Below the pieces are notes generated by a model. The model had not been told where the DNA came from, did no database searches, and saw only the letters and a program-made list of their open reading frames with translations. Below are positions 1-10,044 of a stretch of 56,826 nt of DNA, piece by piece. The first letter of the stretch is position 1; each line of letters opens with the position of its first letter. A program made the translations under genes and the position numbers. This DNA comes from a virus (Duplodnaviria > Heunggongvirae > Uroviricota > Caudoviricetes), in IMG/VR virus record IMGVR_UViG_3300042569_001383, positions 88,125-144,950 of that record; one strand, written 5' to 3'.

Positions 1-258
1 ATCATATACTTTAGCAATTGCATTGATACCAGACTGTAAAGCCAGATTTTCTTTGTTTAATGCCGTTACAACGTTAAAATAATTTTGACCAAAGTTTGAT
101 AGTGCCTCCGCATTATTTTTTAATGTCTCCATCATTCGTTGTAACTCAGCTTCTGTAGCTTGATTTGACGTTACATATTGATTTTGAGGAGGAGTTTGTC
201 CATGTCTAGCCTGTTGTTTTAACAATGCAATGCGATAATATGCGGTATCTTGTTTCAT
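1..258 (-). CDS. N-terminus of a long ORF running off the window, probably the tape measure protein
   Basis: Manually translated: MKQDTAYYRIALLKQQARHGQTPPQNQYVTSNQATEAELQRMMETLKNNAEALSNFGQNYFNVVTALNKENLALQSGINAIAKVYD..., open to base 1 and helical in character. It follows sheath, tube and chaperone, where tape measure genes usually lie. Confidence 0.5.
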   Translation of the reverse strand, partial: MKQDTAYYRIALLKQQARHGQTPPQNQYVTSNQATEAELQRMMETLKNNAEALSNFGQNYFNVVTALNKENLALQSGINAIAKVYD

Positions 259-263
259 ATACG

Positions 264-272
264 TATAAATAT
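264..272 (-). promoter_or_regulatory. Late promoter motif ATATTTATA
   Basis: 5 nt upstream of ATG 258. Confidence 0.6.
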
Positions 273-275
273 TAG

Positions 276-545
276 TTATTTGAATTTACCGGGGAGTTTG
301 GTTTTGGATGTAGTCGTAGTTTCTGCCGGTGTGTTACGCATTGCTATTATTTGATTGACGCGTCTAGTCCACAATGCACGTATATGTACTGGCATATGAT
401 ACACGGTGTTCCAATCCCATCGGCCTTCGCCGAACCAAATCAAATTGAATAAATTTTCATGAAGTGTTAGTTGATGTTCAGGTTTAAACCCAAAAAAGGT
501 CGCCTCCAATTTGAAACCCGGCAGTAAAGGTGCCTCCTGTTTCAC
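276..545 (-). CDS. Small tail/hub assembly chaperone segment (cyanophage gp51-like); possible frameshift extension of the upstream gene
   Basis: FFGFKPEHQLTLHENLFNLIWFGEGRWDWNTVYHMPVHIRALW resembles the short ORF found after gp26-like genes. The only upstream start is a GTG at 545 without an RBS, inside the preceding gene. Confidence 0.6.
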   Translation of the reverse strand: MKQEAPLLPGFKLEATFFGFKPEHQLTLHENLFNLIWFGEGRWDWNTVYHMPVHIRALWTRRVNQIIAMRNTPAETTTTSKTKLPGKFK

Positions 546-1257
546 CCGGGAATTCAGCTTCGAGTTTTATACTTGGCAAATTATCTGCAATGTATTTGCG
601 AAACGTTTTTGATTCCGTTGGAGTCATTTGATAACGTATAAAATGTTCGATATCATGCATGTCTCTTTTGCCGTTAACTTCTTTGATTGTTAATTTTAAA
701 AAATCTGATACAGCATGTTCATCGGATATAGTTTCAATGTCGCGACGTGAAATGTATTTGAATTTAATTGCAATTCCTTCTGCTATGTAATCAAACTCGC
801 CAGCGGCATTTGATTGTATGGTCATTGGATTAACTTGCAATTTAGATAAGTTCATGTTTCGTTGAACTAGCTTTGGTGGATTAACTGTAGAATCCGTTAC
901 AGTAACTGGATATTCTGGTCCGTAACCATGTACTCGTGCTGCAATTATCATTGCCTCTTTATCAGCAACAATCAATTCATTGATATCAATTGGGTCTAAA
1001 ACCAATGAAGCTATCAATTTATCTAATACTACGCCTTGTTTAATATAAGTAGAATTAGTTAAAATATCTTCATCATATGCAGTCATGTACCGCATTTCAA
1101 CAACACCTTTTCTTAATGGACTTGTTTCTGGATATACTTGTCCGTTGCTAGGTAATGGTACCATAACAGATGGCACGACGCTACGTTGTTTGTTTTCGTA
1201 TTGTTGTTTTGCTAATTCAATTAGATTTTTATCGGTTACACGATTTGTTACTGGCAT
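484..1257 (-). CDS. T4 gp26-like baseplate hub / tail assembly chaperone
   Basis: VPLPSNGQVYP..SPLRKGVVEMRYMTAYDEDILT, DKEAMIIAARVHGYGPEY; located directly after the tail tube gene. Confidence 0.75.
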   Translation of the reverse strand: MPVTNRVTDKNLIELAKQQYENKQRSVVPSVMVPLPSNGQVYPETSPLRKGVVEMRYMTAYDEDILTNSTYIKQGVVLDKLIASLVLDPIDINELIVADKEAMIIAARVHGYGPEYPVTVTDSTVNPPKLVQRNMNLSKLQVNPMTIQSNAAGEFDYIAEGIAIKFKYISRRDIETISDEHAVSDFLKLTIKEVNGKRDMHDIEHFIRYQMTPTESKTFRKYIADNLPSIKLEAEFPGETGGTFTAGFQIGGDLFWV

Positions 1258-1284
1258 AAACTTCCTTTTCTTTTATAACTTTTA

Positions 1285-1293
1285 TATAAATAT
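1285..1293 (-). promoter_or_regulatory. Late promoter motif ATATTTATA
   Basis: Between terminator and chaperone gene. Confidence 0.7.
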
Positions 1294-1302
1294 TGCGGAC
1301 AT

Positions 1303-1331
1303 GAAAAATGGGTGAAATTTCTTCCACCCAT
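1303..1331 (-). terminator. Intrinsic terminator after tail tube gene
   Basis: Minus strand ATGGGTG-gaagaaattt-CACCCAT followed by TTTT. Confidence 0.7.
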
Positions 1332-1342
1332 CGCTTAATTTA

Positions 1343-1951
1343 TTAGTAGCTTAACAATGCCCAATCATAATTCAATGTAGCGTCAATCATTACTACATCT
1401 TCAGCTGACCAATCCAATGAACCGAAATTAACTTCCGATAAATAAGCTCCGTATATTTTCCATTCTTCAATAATTTCACCTAATGGAGATAATTGGTTCA
1501 ATGTAATATCTTTTTTATATATCGATGCATACCCATCTCTACCGGTAGCAGATTCATGATGTAAACGAACCCATTCCATGACAGTTTGTGCTCCAGATGG
1601 CATTATTGCATCATACATTGTGATTGCAATGCTATTCCATGAACTTTTACCTTTAAGTTTTCTTTTAACATTGATGTGGTCTAAAACAACTTCTCCATTA
1701 GTTAATGAAGGTTTTGCTGATGTTTTAACTAAAAATGCTGGAATTCCGTCAATATCTAAAACAAATTTATGTTGATATTTTGGTTCCCATGAAAATGCTT
1801 TATCATAAAAATTAGTGTCTAAACCGTAATCGGTTAATGTTGTTGGGTAATCTCCAGTACCATTTGGTGATCCTGCACCTGGAAGATTTGACGGTGTATT
1901 TGTGAACGTACTTAAACCGGTACTGTTTGCGGTCTCTACATTGTATGGCAT
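1343..1951 (-). CDS. Tail tube protein (T4 gp19-like)
   Basis: WEPKYQHKFVLDIDGIP..LVKTSAKP, LDHINVKRKLKGKSSWNSIAITMYD, VMEW, GEIIEEWKIYGAY, FGSLDWS; follows the sheath gene. Confidence 0.92.
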   Translation of the reverse strand: MPYNVETANSTGLSTFTNTPSNLPGAGSPNGTGDYPTTLTDYGLDTNFYDKAFSWEPKYQHKFVLDIDGIPAFLVKTSAKPSLTNGEVVLDHINVKRKLKGKSSWNSIAITMYDAIMPSGAQTVMEWVRLHHESATGRDGYASIYKKDITLNQLSPLGEIIEEWKIYGAYLSEVNFGSLDWSAEDVVMIDATLNYDWALLSY

Positions 1952-1975
1952 AATTATATCCTCAATATTTTTACA

Positions 1976-1984
1976 TATAAATAT
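1976..1984 (-). promoter_or_regulatory. Late promoter motif ATATTTATA
   Basis: Between terminator and tube gene. Confidence 0.7.
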
Positions 1985-1993
1985 ACGTAAAGT

Positions 1994-2021
1994 AAAAAAG
2001 GCAGAACCGAAGTTCCACCTT
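1994..2021 (-). terminator. Intrinsic terminator after sheath gene (cUUCGg loop)
   Basis: Minus strand AAGGTGGAAC-TTCG-GTTCTGCCTT followed by a T run. Confidence 0.85.
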
Positions 2022-2046
2022 AATTACATGATTGGTTTAAATTTTA

Positions 2047-4482
2047 TTATTCAGGAAACGCTGCACCCGTTGGTTGAATATTGAAATCTAAAATAATAAA
2101 CTCAGCCGTTCTAGTTGGTTGCAAAAATAATTGTCCATACAATATATTTCTATCAACTAAATCCGGTGTATTATTTGTTGAATCCATTACAACTTTAAAT
2201 GCAGATAAACCTTGATTTTGTTTTACTCCACCTAAATACGGATTAACAATGTTAAGGAACTTGTTACGAGTAGCTTCTGTGTTTTGGTCAAATACTAAAT
2301 AACGAGTTGATGATGCAATAAATTTCTTAACTTCAATCAATAAACGACGAACATTAACACGATCTAATGCACTTGGTCTTGCTTGTAAGGTCTTTTGACC
2401 CCAAATTACAATCGTATTGTTAGGGAATGTCGCAATAGGGTTAACGCGGTTTTCATACAACGTATCTCGTTGAGTTTGTGACAAGTTAACTGCAGTACCT
2501 ACCGCACGTAAACCTCCTCGATTCAAACCAGCTGGGGCATACCATTGTGCAGCTAATCTATCATTGTTTGCTAATGCTCCACCTACTACAACTGATGGTG
2601 GTACCCATAATAATCCACCATTTCCTGCTGGATTGTTAACCGATACCCATGGCCAATATGTTGCTGTATAATTGTTATCAATTGTTCTAACTTGAGTAAC
2701 AACGGTTTGCAAAGAATCACCTTTTGCGTTAGAATCCATAACATAGAATACATCTTGACGTGCTCTACATAAATTTCTAGCTTCAGACGTAACTGCGCTA
2801 TGTAAACTGTCAACTACACCTGGCGTTAACAATACATTCATATCATAATAATCTGTATTGCTTAACAACGTAAATGCTTTGATATATGATTTAGTACCAG
2901 TTGCTGATGTAGAACTACAATCAAATCCAAATGTATTTGCAGCAGTTATATTTGCTCCGGAAAATTTAGGTAAATTTGGACGTGCTCCATCAAACCCACC
3001 TTGCATTGGTACAATGAATTTTCTCGTATTAATTGATACATTTGTTGCAAATGTTCCTGCCGTAATTGCTGCTGACAATGAGCCAGAATATGCAGTTGCT
3101 GCTGTTGGATAATTGTAATTTGCTGATTGAGATACATCTCCTAAATAAAAATCAACATTGTTTCCTACTGTTGCACCTGTTGTTGGAATTGGAGCTAGGT
3201 AGTTCATGTTAGATGCTGCGGTAAAATCAAATCCATGATATACAAATGGACTAAATGCACCACCTACTATTTGATTTAATTTGTAAGTAGATGCTGGCAA
3301 ATTAACATTTCCAGCTACCATTGGTATTGGCGAATTAACTGCACGGAATCCGAATGGGAACAATGTTTTATCAATAGCTTTGTTTGGTACTGCTGCATCT
3401 ACTTCTATTCTTACGAATGGATTTGTATTTGCATAATCTCCGTACAACGAAATTACGTTGTTATCATCTATTGTTTGATATCTATCACCAATTTTCTTAA
3501 CAATGTAATCTGCTGAATCTGGATTCAAACAACAGTTAGTAAATGAAATTACTTCTGATGTTGATGTGTTAATATCGCTGTCTGATACAGATCCGAACAC
3601 TGAATTAGGAATATTTGTAGTATCAACTCGACGAATGATAACATCAAAACGTGCATATCCGTCCGGGTCGCTAACTTCAGTTGATGATTTAATGTTAGCA
3701 ATTGCAACTTTCAATTCATAGTTTGTTGCGTTACCATGTGATAATGAATGCAATTTAAACAAGTTAGTTGCAATCGAACCAATTTTTTGTGAAGTAATCC
3801 ACGGAGTTGCTGCTGCTTGATAGTCTTGTGCAAATGCATACGTTGAAATTGTTTCCAATGACATTGACACTGCTGATAAATCGGCTAACAATGAAGATGT
3901 AAATGCCGCTTCGTATTGTACATAAGCAGGATATGTTTGTCCTTTTGGAGATTTTCCAAAAATTGTTGTTACATAATCAGAATCAGTTGCATTGATTGAT
4001 GCCGAAATTGATGCGCCTTCTGCGTATGATACCGTACCACTATATGAACCAGATAATTTTAAATTAAATCTACCATTTACGTCTGTAGTTAATACCGAAT
4101 CAGCAAAATAAGATGATGTAACATTAACCGGTACCGTTGGATGCAATAAATGTGTCACGTATTTTTGTGAACCTGATTGTGCTACAATTGCTAATGCTCC
4201 GCTGTTTAAAGAATATCCATCTTCATACATTAAACGCGTTACTGTGATTACATTGCCTGATTGCAAATATTCATTTACTGCTACAGGTACATATGATTCA
4301 TCCGTAAAACCTCCAAATACATTTTGGAAATCGCCAATACTTGTAATTTGTATTGGTGTGTATGCAGGTCCTTTTACGGTTGGACCTACAATTGCTGCAC
4401 CGATTTGTGCAATTGCTCCTGGTAAAAACGATTGATCAACTTCATTCGTAAATACACCAGGCGAAACTATTCGTTCTGCCAT
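2047..4482 (-). CDS. Tail sheath protein (T4 gp18-like)
   Basis: N-term SPGVFTNEVDQS, IVGPTVKGPAY; C-term YWPWV, WYAPAGLNRG, RDTLYENRVNPI, IWGQKTLQ, RVNVRRLL, LQPTRTAEFI. Confidence 0.96.
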   Translation of the reverse strand: MAERIVSPGVFTNEVDQSFLPGAIAQIGAAIVGPTVKGPAYTPIQITSIGDFQNVFGGFTDESYVPVAVNEYLQSGNVITVTRLMYEDGYSLNSGALAIVAQSGSQKYVTHLLHPTVPVNVTSSYFADSVLTTDVNGRFNLKLSGSYSGTVSYAEGASISASINATDSDYVTTIFGKSPKGQTYPAYVQYEAAFTSSLLADLSAVSMSLETISTYAFAQDYQAAATPWITSQKIGSIATNLFKLHSLSHGNATNYELKVAIANIKSSTEVSDPDGYARFDVIIRRVDTTNIPNSVFGSVSDSDINTSTSEVISFTNCCLNPDSADYIVKKIGDRYQTIDDNNVISLYGDYANTNPFVRIEVDAAVPNKAIDKTLFPFGFRAVNSPIPMVAGNVNLPASTYKLNQIVGGAFSPFVYHGFDFTAASNMNYLAPIPTTGATVGNNVDFYLGDVSQSANYNYPTAATAYSGSLSAAITAGTFATNVSINTRKFIVPMQGGFDGARPNLPKFSGANITAANTFGFDCSSTSATGTKSYIKAFTLLSNTDYYDMNVLLTPGVVDSLHSAVTSEARNLCRARQDVFYVMDSNAKGDSLQTVVTQVRTIDNNYTATYWPWVSVNNPAGNGGLLWVPPSVVVGGALANNDRLAAQWYAPAGLNRGGLRAVGTAVNLSQTQRDTLYENRVNPIATFPNNTIVIWGQKTLQARPSALDRVNVRRLLIEVKKFIASSTRYLVFDQNTEATRNKFLNIVNPYLGGVKQNQGLSAFKVVMDSTNNTPDLVDRNILYGQLFLQPTRTAEFIILDFNIQPTGAAFPE

Positions 4483-4504
4483 TAGTTACTCCTATGATTT
4501 TTTA

Positions 4505-4513
4505 TATAAATAT
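4505..4513 (-). promoter_or_regulatory. Late promoter motif ATATTTATA
   Basis: Upstream of sheath gene. Confidence 0.7.
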
Positions 4514-4517
4514 GCGG

Positions 4518-4799
4518 TTATTTAGCTAAACCAACTGCCGGAGTAAATGTTCCATCTACTACGTTGATATGTCCTTCGCCGTAACGATCTCGCATTTTTT
4601 GTATCAATGTAGTTTCCGTTTCTTGCAAAGTTTCATATTCTTGCAAATAGTTGCGTTGTTCTTGTTGTAATTGTTCCGTTTGACGTTGTATTGCGTGAAG
4701 TTCAATTGCAATTTGTCCTAGTATGTTTGCATTTTTTGCAAATGATTCTCGAAGCGATTGAATTTCATCTAAATGTTCCTTGTCCAGTTTTCTGGTCAT
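4518..4799 (-). CDS. Small coiled-coil hypothetical protein (93 aa; start moved to 4799)
   Basis: MTRKLDKEHL... long heptad helix ending RYGEGHINVVDGTFTP. The track start at 4865 overlaps the upstream gene and a promoter. Confidence 0.7.
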   Translation of the reverse strand: MTRKLDKEHLDEIQSLRESFAKNANILGQIAIELHAIQRQTEQLQQEQRNYLQEYETLQETETTLIQKMRDRYGEGHINVVDGTFTPAVGLAK

Positions 4800-4821
4800 A
4801 ACTTGTTCTTTCTTTCCTTTT

Positions 4822-4850
4822 ATTATATGTAATTTTTTGGTATTATCCAA
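4822..4850 (-). promoter_or_regulatory. Sigma70-like early/middle promoter
   Basis: TTGGAT-N17-TATAAT, upstream of the ATG at 4799. Confidence 0.65.
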
Positions 4851-4851
4851 A

Positions 4852-6063
4852 TTATCCGAAAACATTTACAATTGCTGCATTTGATGCCGATGTTGCTGTA
4901 GATGCTAAACGTTGTCCAATGCTATTAGATGCAGTTAATGCAGTTACAGCATAGTTCCATAAATCTTCTGGTTTTGCAATTGCCGTTCCCGTTGTGTTTT
5001 CTATAGCAACACCCCACGATACTGAGTTTGGATGTGGTACAGCCATTGAACCTGTTAGTACATTGTCAGGTCCATAAATTGTTCCCGTACGTACATCAGA
5101 TCCTGACGGTACTCCTGTAACTTGATCTGGTGATACTATTGAAATTGTATCGGTTGAGCCGGATACTCCTATTACGTATTGAGTTGTAACATCATCATAC
5201 AATTGTACGTTATAGCAATATATTGCGTTACGCGAGCCTGAATTAAGAAATGGGCCTGAAAATACGTTGGTTGCTGTAGTTGATGTTGATGACACTGCAT
5301 TACCCGTTGTTGAGGCTTGTAATTGGCCTATTACGTTGAACGTACCAGCGGTATTTGATTGTAATCCAGGATCATCACCTGTTGTTGTGACGTTACCTGT
5401 TATGTTAACCGTTCCGGTACCATTATTAAATACGGCGGCAGCATTAACTGTTCCAACTAAATTTCCCGTAACATTAATTGTACCCGTTGAATTATTAAAT
5501 ATCCCAAATGGCCCAGTACCACTATTTCCGGCGATAACATTGCCAGTTATGTTAATAGTACCATTACTCGAGTTTAAAATGGCAAAGTTACTTGTCTGTG
5601 TACTAGTGGGGCAAGTAATATTTCCTATAATATTGATAACGCCATTTGAACTGTTAGTTACGGTTCGAGTATTAGGACTTGCACCAGGTATTCTAACTTC
5701 ACCGGTTATATTAATAGTACCATCGTTTACATTTTCTAGGGTATTTCTAGTTTGTAGAAATGTTGCATTTATTGTAATTGAACCGGTATTATAGTATTTT
5801 ATATATCCACCCGTTACTGTTGCTCCTGTACTACTCAATCCTGTTGTTGCTGTTATGTCATAATCACCATATATGTAGAATAACCCACCAGCAATTGCTG
5901 GGCTAGATGCATTATTGATTAGTTGATTAACTGTTATGTCTTGATCAATTATTACAGTAAATCCATTGGGTCTAACATCGTCATCACTTGCAGGTAATGT
6001 TCCACCATCCCAAGTTGCCGTATCAGACCAATTTCCGTTTGCTACTGCATATCTGTTTGCCAT
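4852..6063 (-). CDS. Beta-helix fibre/adhesin-like virion protein, paralog 4 of 4
   Basis: GNWSDTATW..P...DDV N-terminal motif, repeated INI.GN.. units, shared C-terminal VR.G..YG..TG.M..P / SIGQRLA motif. Confidence 0.7.
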   Translation of the reverse strand: MANRYAVANGNWSDTATWDGGTLPASDDDVRPNGFTVIIDQDITVNQLINNASSPAIAGGLFYIYGDYDITATTGLSSTGATVTGGYIKYYNTGSITINATFLQTRNTLENVNDGTINITGEVRIPGASPNTRTVTNSSNGVINIIGNITCPTSTQTSNFAILNSSNGTINITGNVIAGNSGTGPFGIFNNSTGTINVTGNLVGTVNAAAVFNNGTGTVNITGNVTTTGDDPGLQSNTAGTFNVIGQLQASTTGNAVSSTSTTATNVFSGPFLNSGSRNAIYCYNVQLYDDVTTQYVIGVSGSTDTISIVSPDQVTGVPSGSDVRTGTIYGPDNVLTGSMAVPHPNSVSWGVAIENTTGTAIAKPEDLWNYAVTALTASNSIGQRLASTATSASNAAIVNVFG

Positions 6064-6066
6064 ATG

Positions 6067-7176
6067 TTATTTTCCTTTAAAAGCAGCAACTATTGCTGCT
6101 GTGGTTTGTACTGTTGAAATTGATTTTAAACGTTCTCCAATTGTATTTGATCCGGTTAATGAAGTTATAACGTAATCAAATATTTCTTGATGTGTTATGT
6201 TTGTAGCAGAGCCAGTTGTTGTATCTACCGGGACTCCGTAACGTACATCTGATGCTGTTGGTATTATCATGGAACCGGAAAATTCGTTTGAACCGCCATA
6301 TATACTCCCGCTTCGTACATTGGATTGTGCAGGTAAACTTGATGTATATGATGCATCATATAAAAATATATCGCGACCAAAAGTATCAGATTGTATTTCG
6401 TAATACGGTGTTGAAGTTGAAAAAAGTTGAATTTTAGGTGAAAATACTGCGTTGATGTTGTTTTGAGAAATTAATGGACCTTTTACTCGTAATGTTGATG
6501 TAGTTAAGGTTGATGTTATAGCAGGTGCAATTATAGATGTACATGATCCTGTTATGTTCATAGTACACGCAGATGTTTGGTTTACAATTCCTGCGGCAAA
6601 TATAGTAGATGAACCACCCGTTACATTACCTAGTATATTTAAAATGCACGAAGAATTGGCAAGTATAGCAGCAGCAATTGCTGTTCCACTCGGAGCACTT
6701 CCACCAAAGCAGTTTCCTGTTATATTTACTGTTGCAGCAGCACCGATATTTAATGCGGCATTATTTCCACCATTATTAAATGGATTTGATAATTCTCCTA
6801 CAATATTTACTGTACATACACTGTTTACAGATACAGCATATGTAGATGATCCACCGGTAAGTGAACTTCTTAAATTTGAATTTATATTTACTGTTGTTCC
6901 GACTCCCGTTATTCTAACCAATCCTAATCCACCTGTAACAGATTTAGCTACTATACCATTTGTTGCAGTACATGTTAAGGTCCTACTAGTAGAAATAGTT
7001 ACGTTGCTGGTAGCATTTGCAGCTCCTGTTAATGATATAATTGTAGCATCCACATTCAATGTTACTGTATGATTAGCTGCAATTACAACGTCATCTGCAG
7101 CAGTAGGAACTACACTACCTACCCAAGTTCCTGTTGCTGACCAATTTCCTGTTGCTGCACTTGTTATAGTTGCCAT
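6067..7176 (-). CDS. Beta-helix fibre/adhesin-like virion protein, paralog 3 of 4
   Basis: [20 protein letters not shown] repeats, [32 protein letters not shown]. Confidence 0.7.
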   Translation of the reverse strand: MATITSAATGNWSATGTWVGSVVPTAADDVVIAANHTVTLNVDATIISLTGAANATSNVTISTSRTLTCTATNGIVAKSVTGGLGLVRITGVGTTVNINSNLRSSLTGGSSTYAVSVNSVCTVNIVGELSNPFNNGGNNAALNIGAAATVNITGNCFGGSAPSGTAIAAAILANSSCILNILGNVTGGSSTIFAAGIVNQTSACTMNITGSCTSIIAPAITSTLTTSTLRVKGPLISQNNINAVFSPKIQLFSTSTPYYEIQSDTFGRDIFLYDASYTSSLPAQSNVRSGSIYGGSNEFSGSMIIPTASDVRYGVPVDTTTGSATNITHQEIFDYVITSLTGSNTIGERLKSISTVQTTAAIVAAFKGK

Positions 7177-7177
7177 G

Positions 7178-8470
7178 TTATATTGTTCCGTTTGAAGTTA
7201 TTAAATTGGCATCTGTTGAAACTGTCGCAGTATTGCTTAACCGTGCTCCAACACTATTAGATGACGTTAAACTGCTTGTTGCAACGCTCCATACACTTTG
7301 AGTATCAAATGATGCAGAACCCGTAGTATTGTTGATTGGGACTCCTTTAAATACGTCAGATGCGTTTGGCATTGCAATGGTACCTGAAAATTGTCCCGTA
7401 TCTCCAAATGTTACGCCTTGACGTACATTGTTTGTAGCAGGAAAATTACCGGGGTAATTTAGTGGGTAAAGTGTTCGTTGTTCTAATACCGTTTCCGTAT
7501 CAAATGTCCATGTTGGTGTTGAACCCGAGATAAGTTGAATGATTGGAGCATATACTGCATTGCGATTATTAGTATTGTAGAAAGGACCGGTTAAATATAT
7601 TGGAGAAGGATTTGCATTCGTTACAACTCCCGGTGCGACTTGTCCAGCTGTTATAGGTCCTATTATTTGTAAAATACCTGTTGTTGTTTTATATACCGCA
7701 CCGACAGTATCAGTTCGTCCTCCTACTACGCTTCCTGAAATGTAAATGGAACAACCTGCAGAATTGGCTTGTATAGCTGGTGCGACATTTGCAATTACGC
7801 TACCGGTTATATTTAATATTGAATTGGATCCAAATTGTGCTATACCATTCGCTCCGGATCCGATGCCACTTGATACGTTTCCTATTATAATAGTAGTACT
7901 GTTAGCCCCTACATTGTTAATACCTAGCGCCGTTAACGCCGAGCCTCCAGTTACTGAGCCTGTTACATATATAGATCCGGAACTAGTATTACTTATACCA
8001 TGGGTGTTTGTTCCCCTACCACCTCTTACACTTCCTGTAATAATTAAAATACCAGAAGATGCGTGGGTTATGGAATTAGCACCAGTACTAGTATTTCCTG
8101 TAACAGATCCTGATATTGTTATATTAGCAGATTGACTTATTAATAACGAAGTGCCAGCAAGATCACCGCCAATATTTCCATTAATTGTTGCTGAATCAGA
8201 TCCCGTTATTCTAGTTAATGTACCAGCTGCTGGGTTAAATCCTATATCAGCTGTTACCGTTACCATGATACCATTTGCTAAGGCAAATGTTCCGCCAGCA
8301 ACAATTGGAGATGATGCGCCATTTCGTAAGCTAAGTACGGTAATATTTTGATTAACCGTTACGGTAAAATTATTTGGATATACATCGTCTGCAGTAGTAG
8401 GTAGTGCTCCAGTATTCCATACCGTTGTATCAGACCAATTTCCATTTTTTACTGCGTATACGTTTGCCAT
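7178..8470 (-). CDS. Beta-helix fibre/adhesin-like virion protein, paralog 2 of 4
   Basis: [24 protein letters not shown] repeats, [18 protein letters not shown]. Confidence 0.7.
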   Translation of the reverse strand: MANVYAVKNGNWSDTTVWNTGALPTTADDVYPNNFTVTVNQNITVLSLRNGASSPIVAGGTFALANGIMVTVTADIGFNPAAGTLTRITGSDSATINGNIGGDLAGTSLLISQSANITISGSVTGNTSTGANSITHASSGILIITGSVRGGRGTNTHGISNTSSGSIYVTGSVTGGSALTALGINNVGANSTTIIIGNVSSGIGSGANGIAQFGSNSILNITGSVIANVAPAIQANSAGCSIYISGSVVGGRTDTVGAVYKTTTGILQIIGPITAGQVAPGVVTNANPSPIYLTGPFYNTNNRNAVYAPIIQLISGSTPTWTFDTETVLEQRTLYPLNYPGNFPATNNVRQGVTFGDTGQFSGTIAMPNASDVFKGVPINNTTGSASFDTQSVWSVATSSLTSSNSVGARLSNTATVSTDANLITSNGTI

Positions 8471-8473
8471 ATT

Positions 8474-9739
8474 TTAAACTTTAAATGCAGATATAGTTGC
8501 AGCAGTAGTTTGTACAGTAGCAGCGTTTTTCAACGTTGATCCTAAACTTCCTGTTTGTGTTATATCTTGGGTTAATACGTTAAACATGTCTTGTGGTGTA
8601 AATATGGCAGAACCAGTAGTGTTATCTACTGCTACTCCCGATTTAACAACAGTTGGATCTGGCATCTTTAAAGATCCAGTTAATCCAAAATTATATTGTA
8701 TTCCTTGTCGTACATTGTTTTGTTGAGGTACTCCAGGTAATTGATTTGAAGTGTAAAGTATTTTTGAACCACCTGTATCTGTATCGAATCGCCATGTTGT
8801 TGAAGTGGGTTCTATAATTTGCATACGATATGCATATACTGCATTAAATGATCCGGTATTATAGAATGGTCCAGAAAATATGTTAGTTGCTGTAGTTGAT
8901 GTTGAGGAGACACCTACTGCAGTTGTACTAGAGGAGATTGGTCCTATTACTTGAAGGATTGAGTTTCCTGTTAGTGAGATTACGGGTGATGAAACTGCAG
9001 TTAAACTACCTGAGATTAATATTGTTCCGGTTGAAGTATGGCTAATTGCAGAGCCTGTTAAGGAAAGACAGTTTCCATTTACTTCAATATTTCCTGCCAC
9101 TGTTTTTAATATTCCATATGATGTTGCATTAAATGAACCAGTAATTGATCCATTAACAAATATATTTCCTGTACTAGTTGAACTAATTCCGCCGCCAACT
9201 CCAGCTGCAGTTGTTCTGCCGTATATACTTCCAGTTACATATATATTACCGGTGTTTATTTGCACTACTCCAGATGATTGTTGAGTAGTAGGTCCGATAA
9301 TACTTCCTGATATTATTAGGTTTCCTGTTGAGTTGTGGGATATTCCATTGAATGATGCTCCAGCACCTGCGGTTACGGTTCCTATTATGGAAATATTAGA
9401 ATTATCAGATAATGTTAATGCTCTACGTTGTCCGCCAGTTAAATTTCCTATTATAGTAGCTGAGTTAGATCCGGTAATTTGTATTGTATCAGTATTGATT
9501 CCAGTAGTAGGTAATATAACATTTGCGGTAACAATGACGTTATCATTCAAATAAAAAGTACCATTAGCTACAACACTTCCTGTTGATGAATTGCGAAGAC
9601 TTATAACGGTAATATTTGTATCTATATTAACCGTTTGCCCATTTGCAAATACATCATCAGATGCAGTAGGTATTATACTACCACTCCAAATTGAAGCTGT
9701 ACTCCAATTACCAGAAGATATGGGCCATCTATTTGGCAT
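8474..9739 (-). CDS. Beta-helix fibre/adhesin-like virion protein, paralog 1 of 4
   Basis: GNWSTASIW..IPTASDDV, GNI.V.GSI repeats, FSGPFYNTG, NNVRQG, SLGSTLKNAATV. Confidence 0.7.
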   Translation of the reverse strand: MPNRWPISSGNWSTASIWSGSIIPTASDDVFANGQTVNIDTNITVISLRNSSTGSVVANGTFYLNDNVIVTANVILPTTGINTDTIQITGSNSATIIGNLTGGQRRALTLSDNSNISIIGTVTAGAGASFNGISHNSTGNLIISGSIIGPTTQQSSGVVQINTGNIYVTGSIYGRTTAAGVGGGISSTSTGNIFVNGSITGSFNATSYGILKTVAGNIEVNGNCLSLTGSAISHTSTGTILISGSLTAVSSPVISLTGNSILQVIGPISSSTTAVGVSSTSTTATNIFSGPFYNTGSFNAVYAYRMQIIEPTSTTWRFDTDTGGSKILYTSNQLPGVPQQNNVRQGIQYNFGLTGSLKMPDPTVVKSGVAVDNTTGSAIFTPQDMFNVLTQDITQTGSLGSTLKNAATVQTTAATISAFKV

Positions 9740-10030
9740 TTATAGTCCTTTTTCTATTATGAATTGTTGTATAACTGTTAATATATTATATGCTGCCGTT
9801 TCAGCAGGCATATCTTCAGATGCAAATACATCTAAATAAACCACAGGACGATCATGACCCGATAACGTATCAGGTACTCCACCATCCAATTCTCGATATG
9901 GAGTTAGTCGCATTGCAACACTAGCTCCTATTTCCGTGGATTTGATTAAAGGAGATATCGATAAATTTACTGTATAGTATGGATATTCAATTCCATCTAC
10001 TACGATTGGGTTTACGGATTGTATTGGCAT
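9740..10030 (-). CDS. Hypothetical protein leading the four-paralog cassette (possible fibre adaptor or chaperone)
   Basis: Clean 96-aa ORF with an AAGGA RBS and its own late motif; its stop abuts the start of paralog 1. Confidence 0.7.
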   Translation of the reverse strand: MPIQSVNPIVVDGIEYPYYTVNLSISPLIKSTEIGASVAMRLTPYRELDGGVPDTLSGHDRPVVYLDVFASEDMPAETAAYNILTVIQQFIIEKGL

Positions 10031-10044
10031 AACGTGTTCCTTTA

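Noticed and set aside
485-491. GGGTTTA as a canonical -1 slippery heptamer
   Set aside because: It is not in the reading frame of the chaperone, and a -1 shift would not reach the downstream ORF, which is in +1
4852-9739. Diversity-generating retroelement or invertase system acting on the four paralogs
   Set aside because: No reverse transcriptase or recombinase in the window, no near-identical template/variable repeat pair differing at adenines, and no inverted flanks
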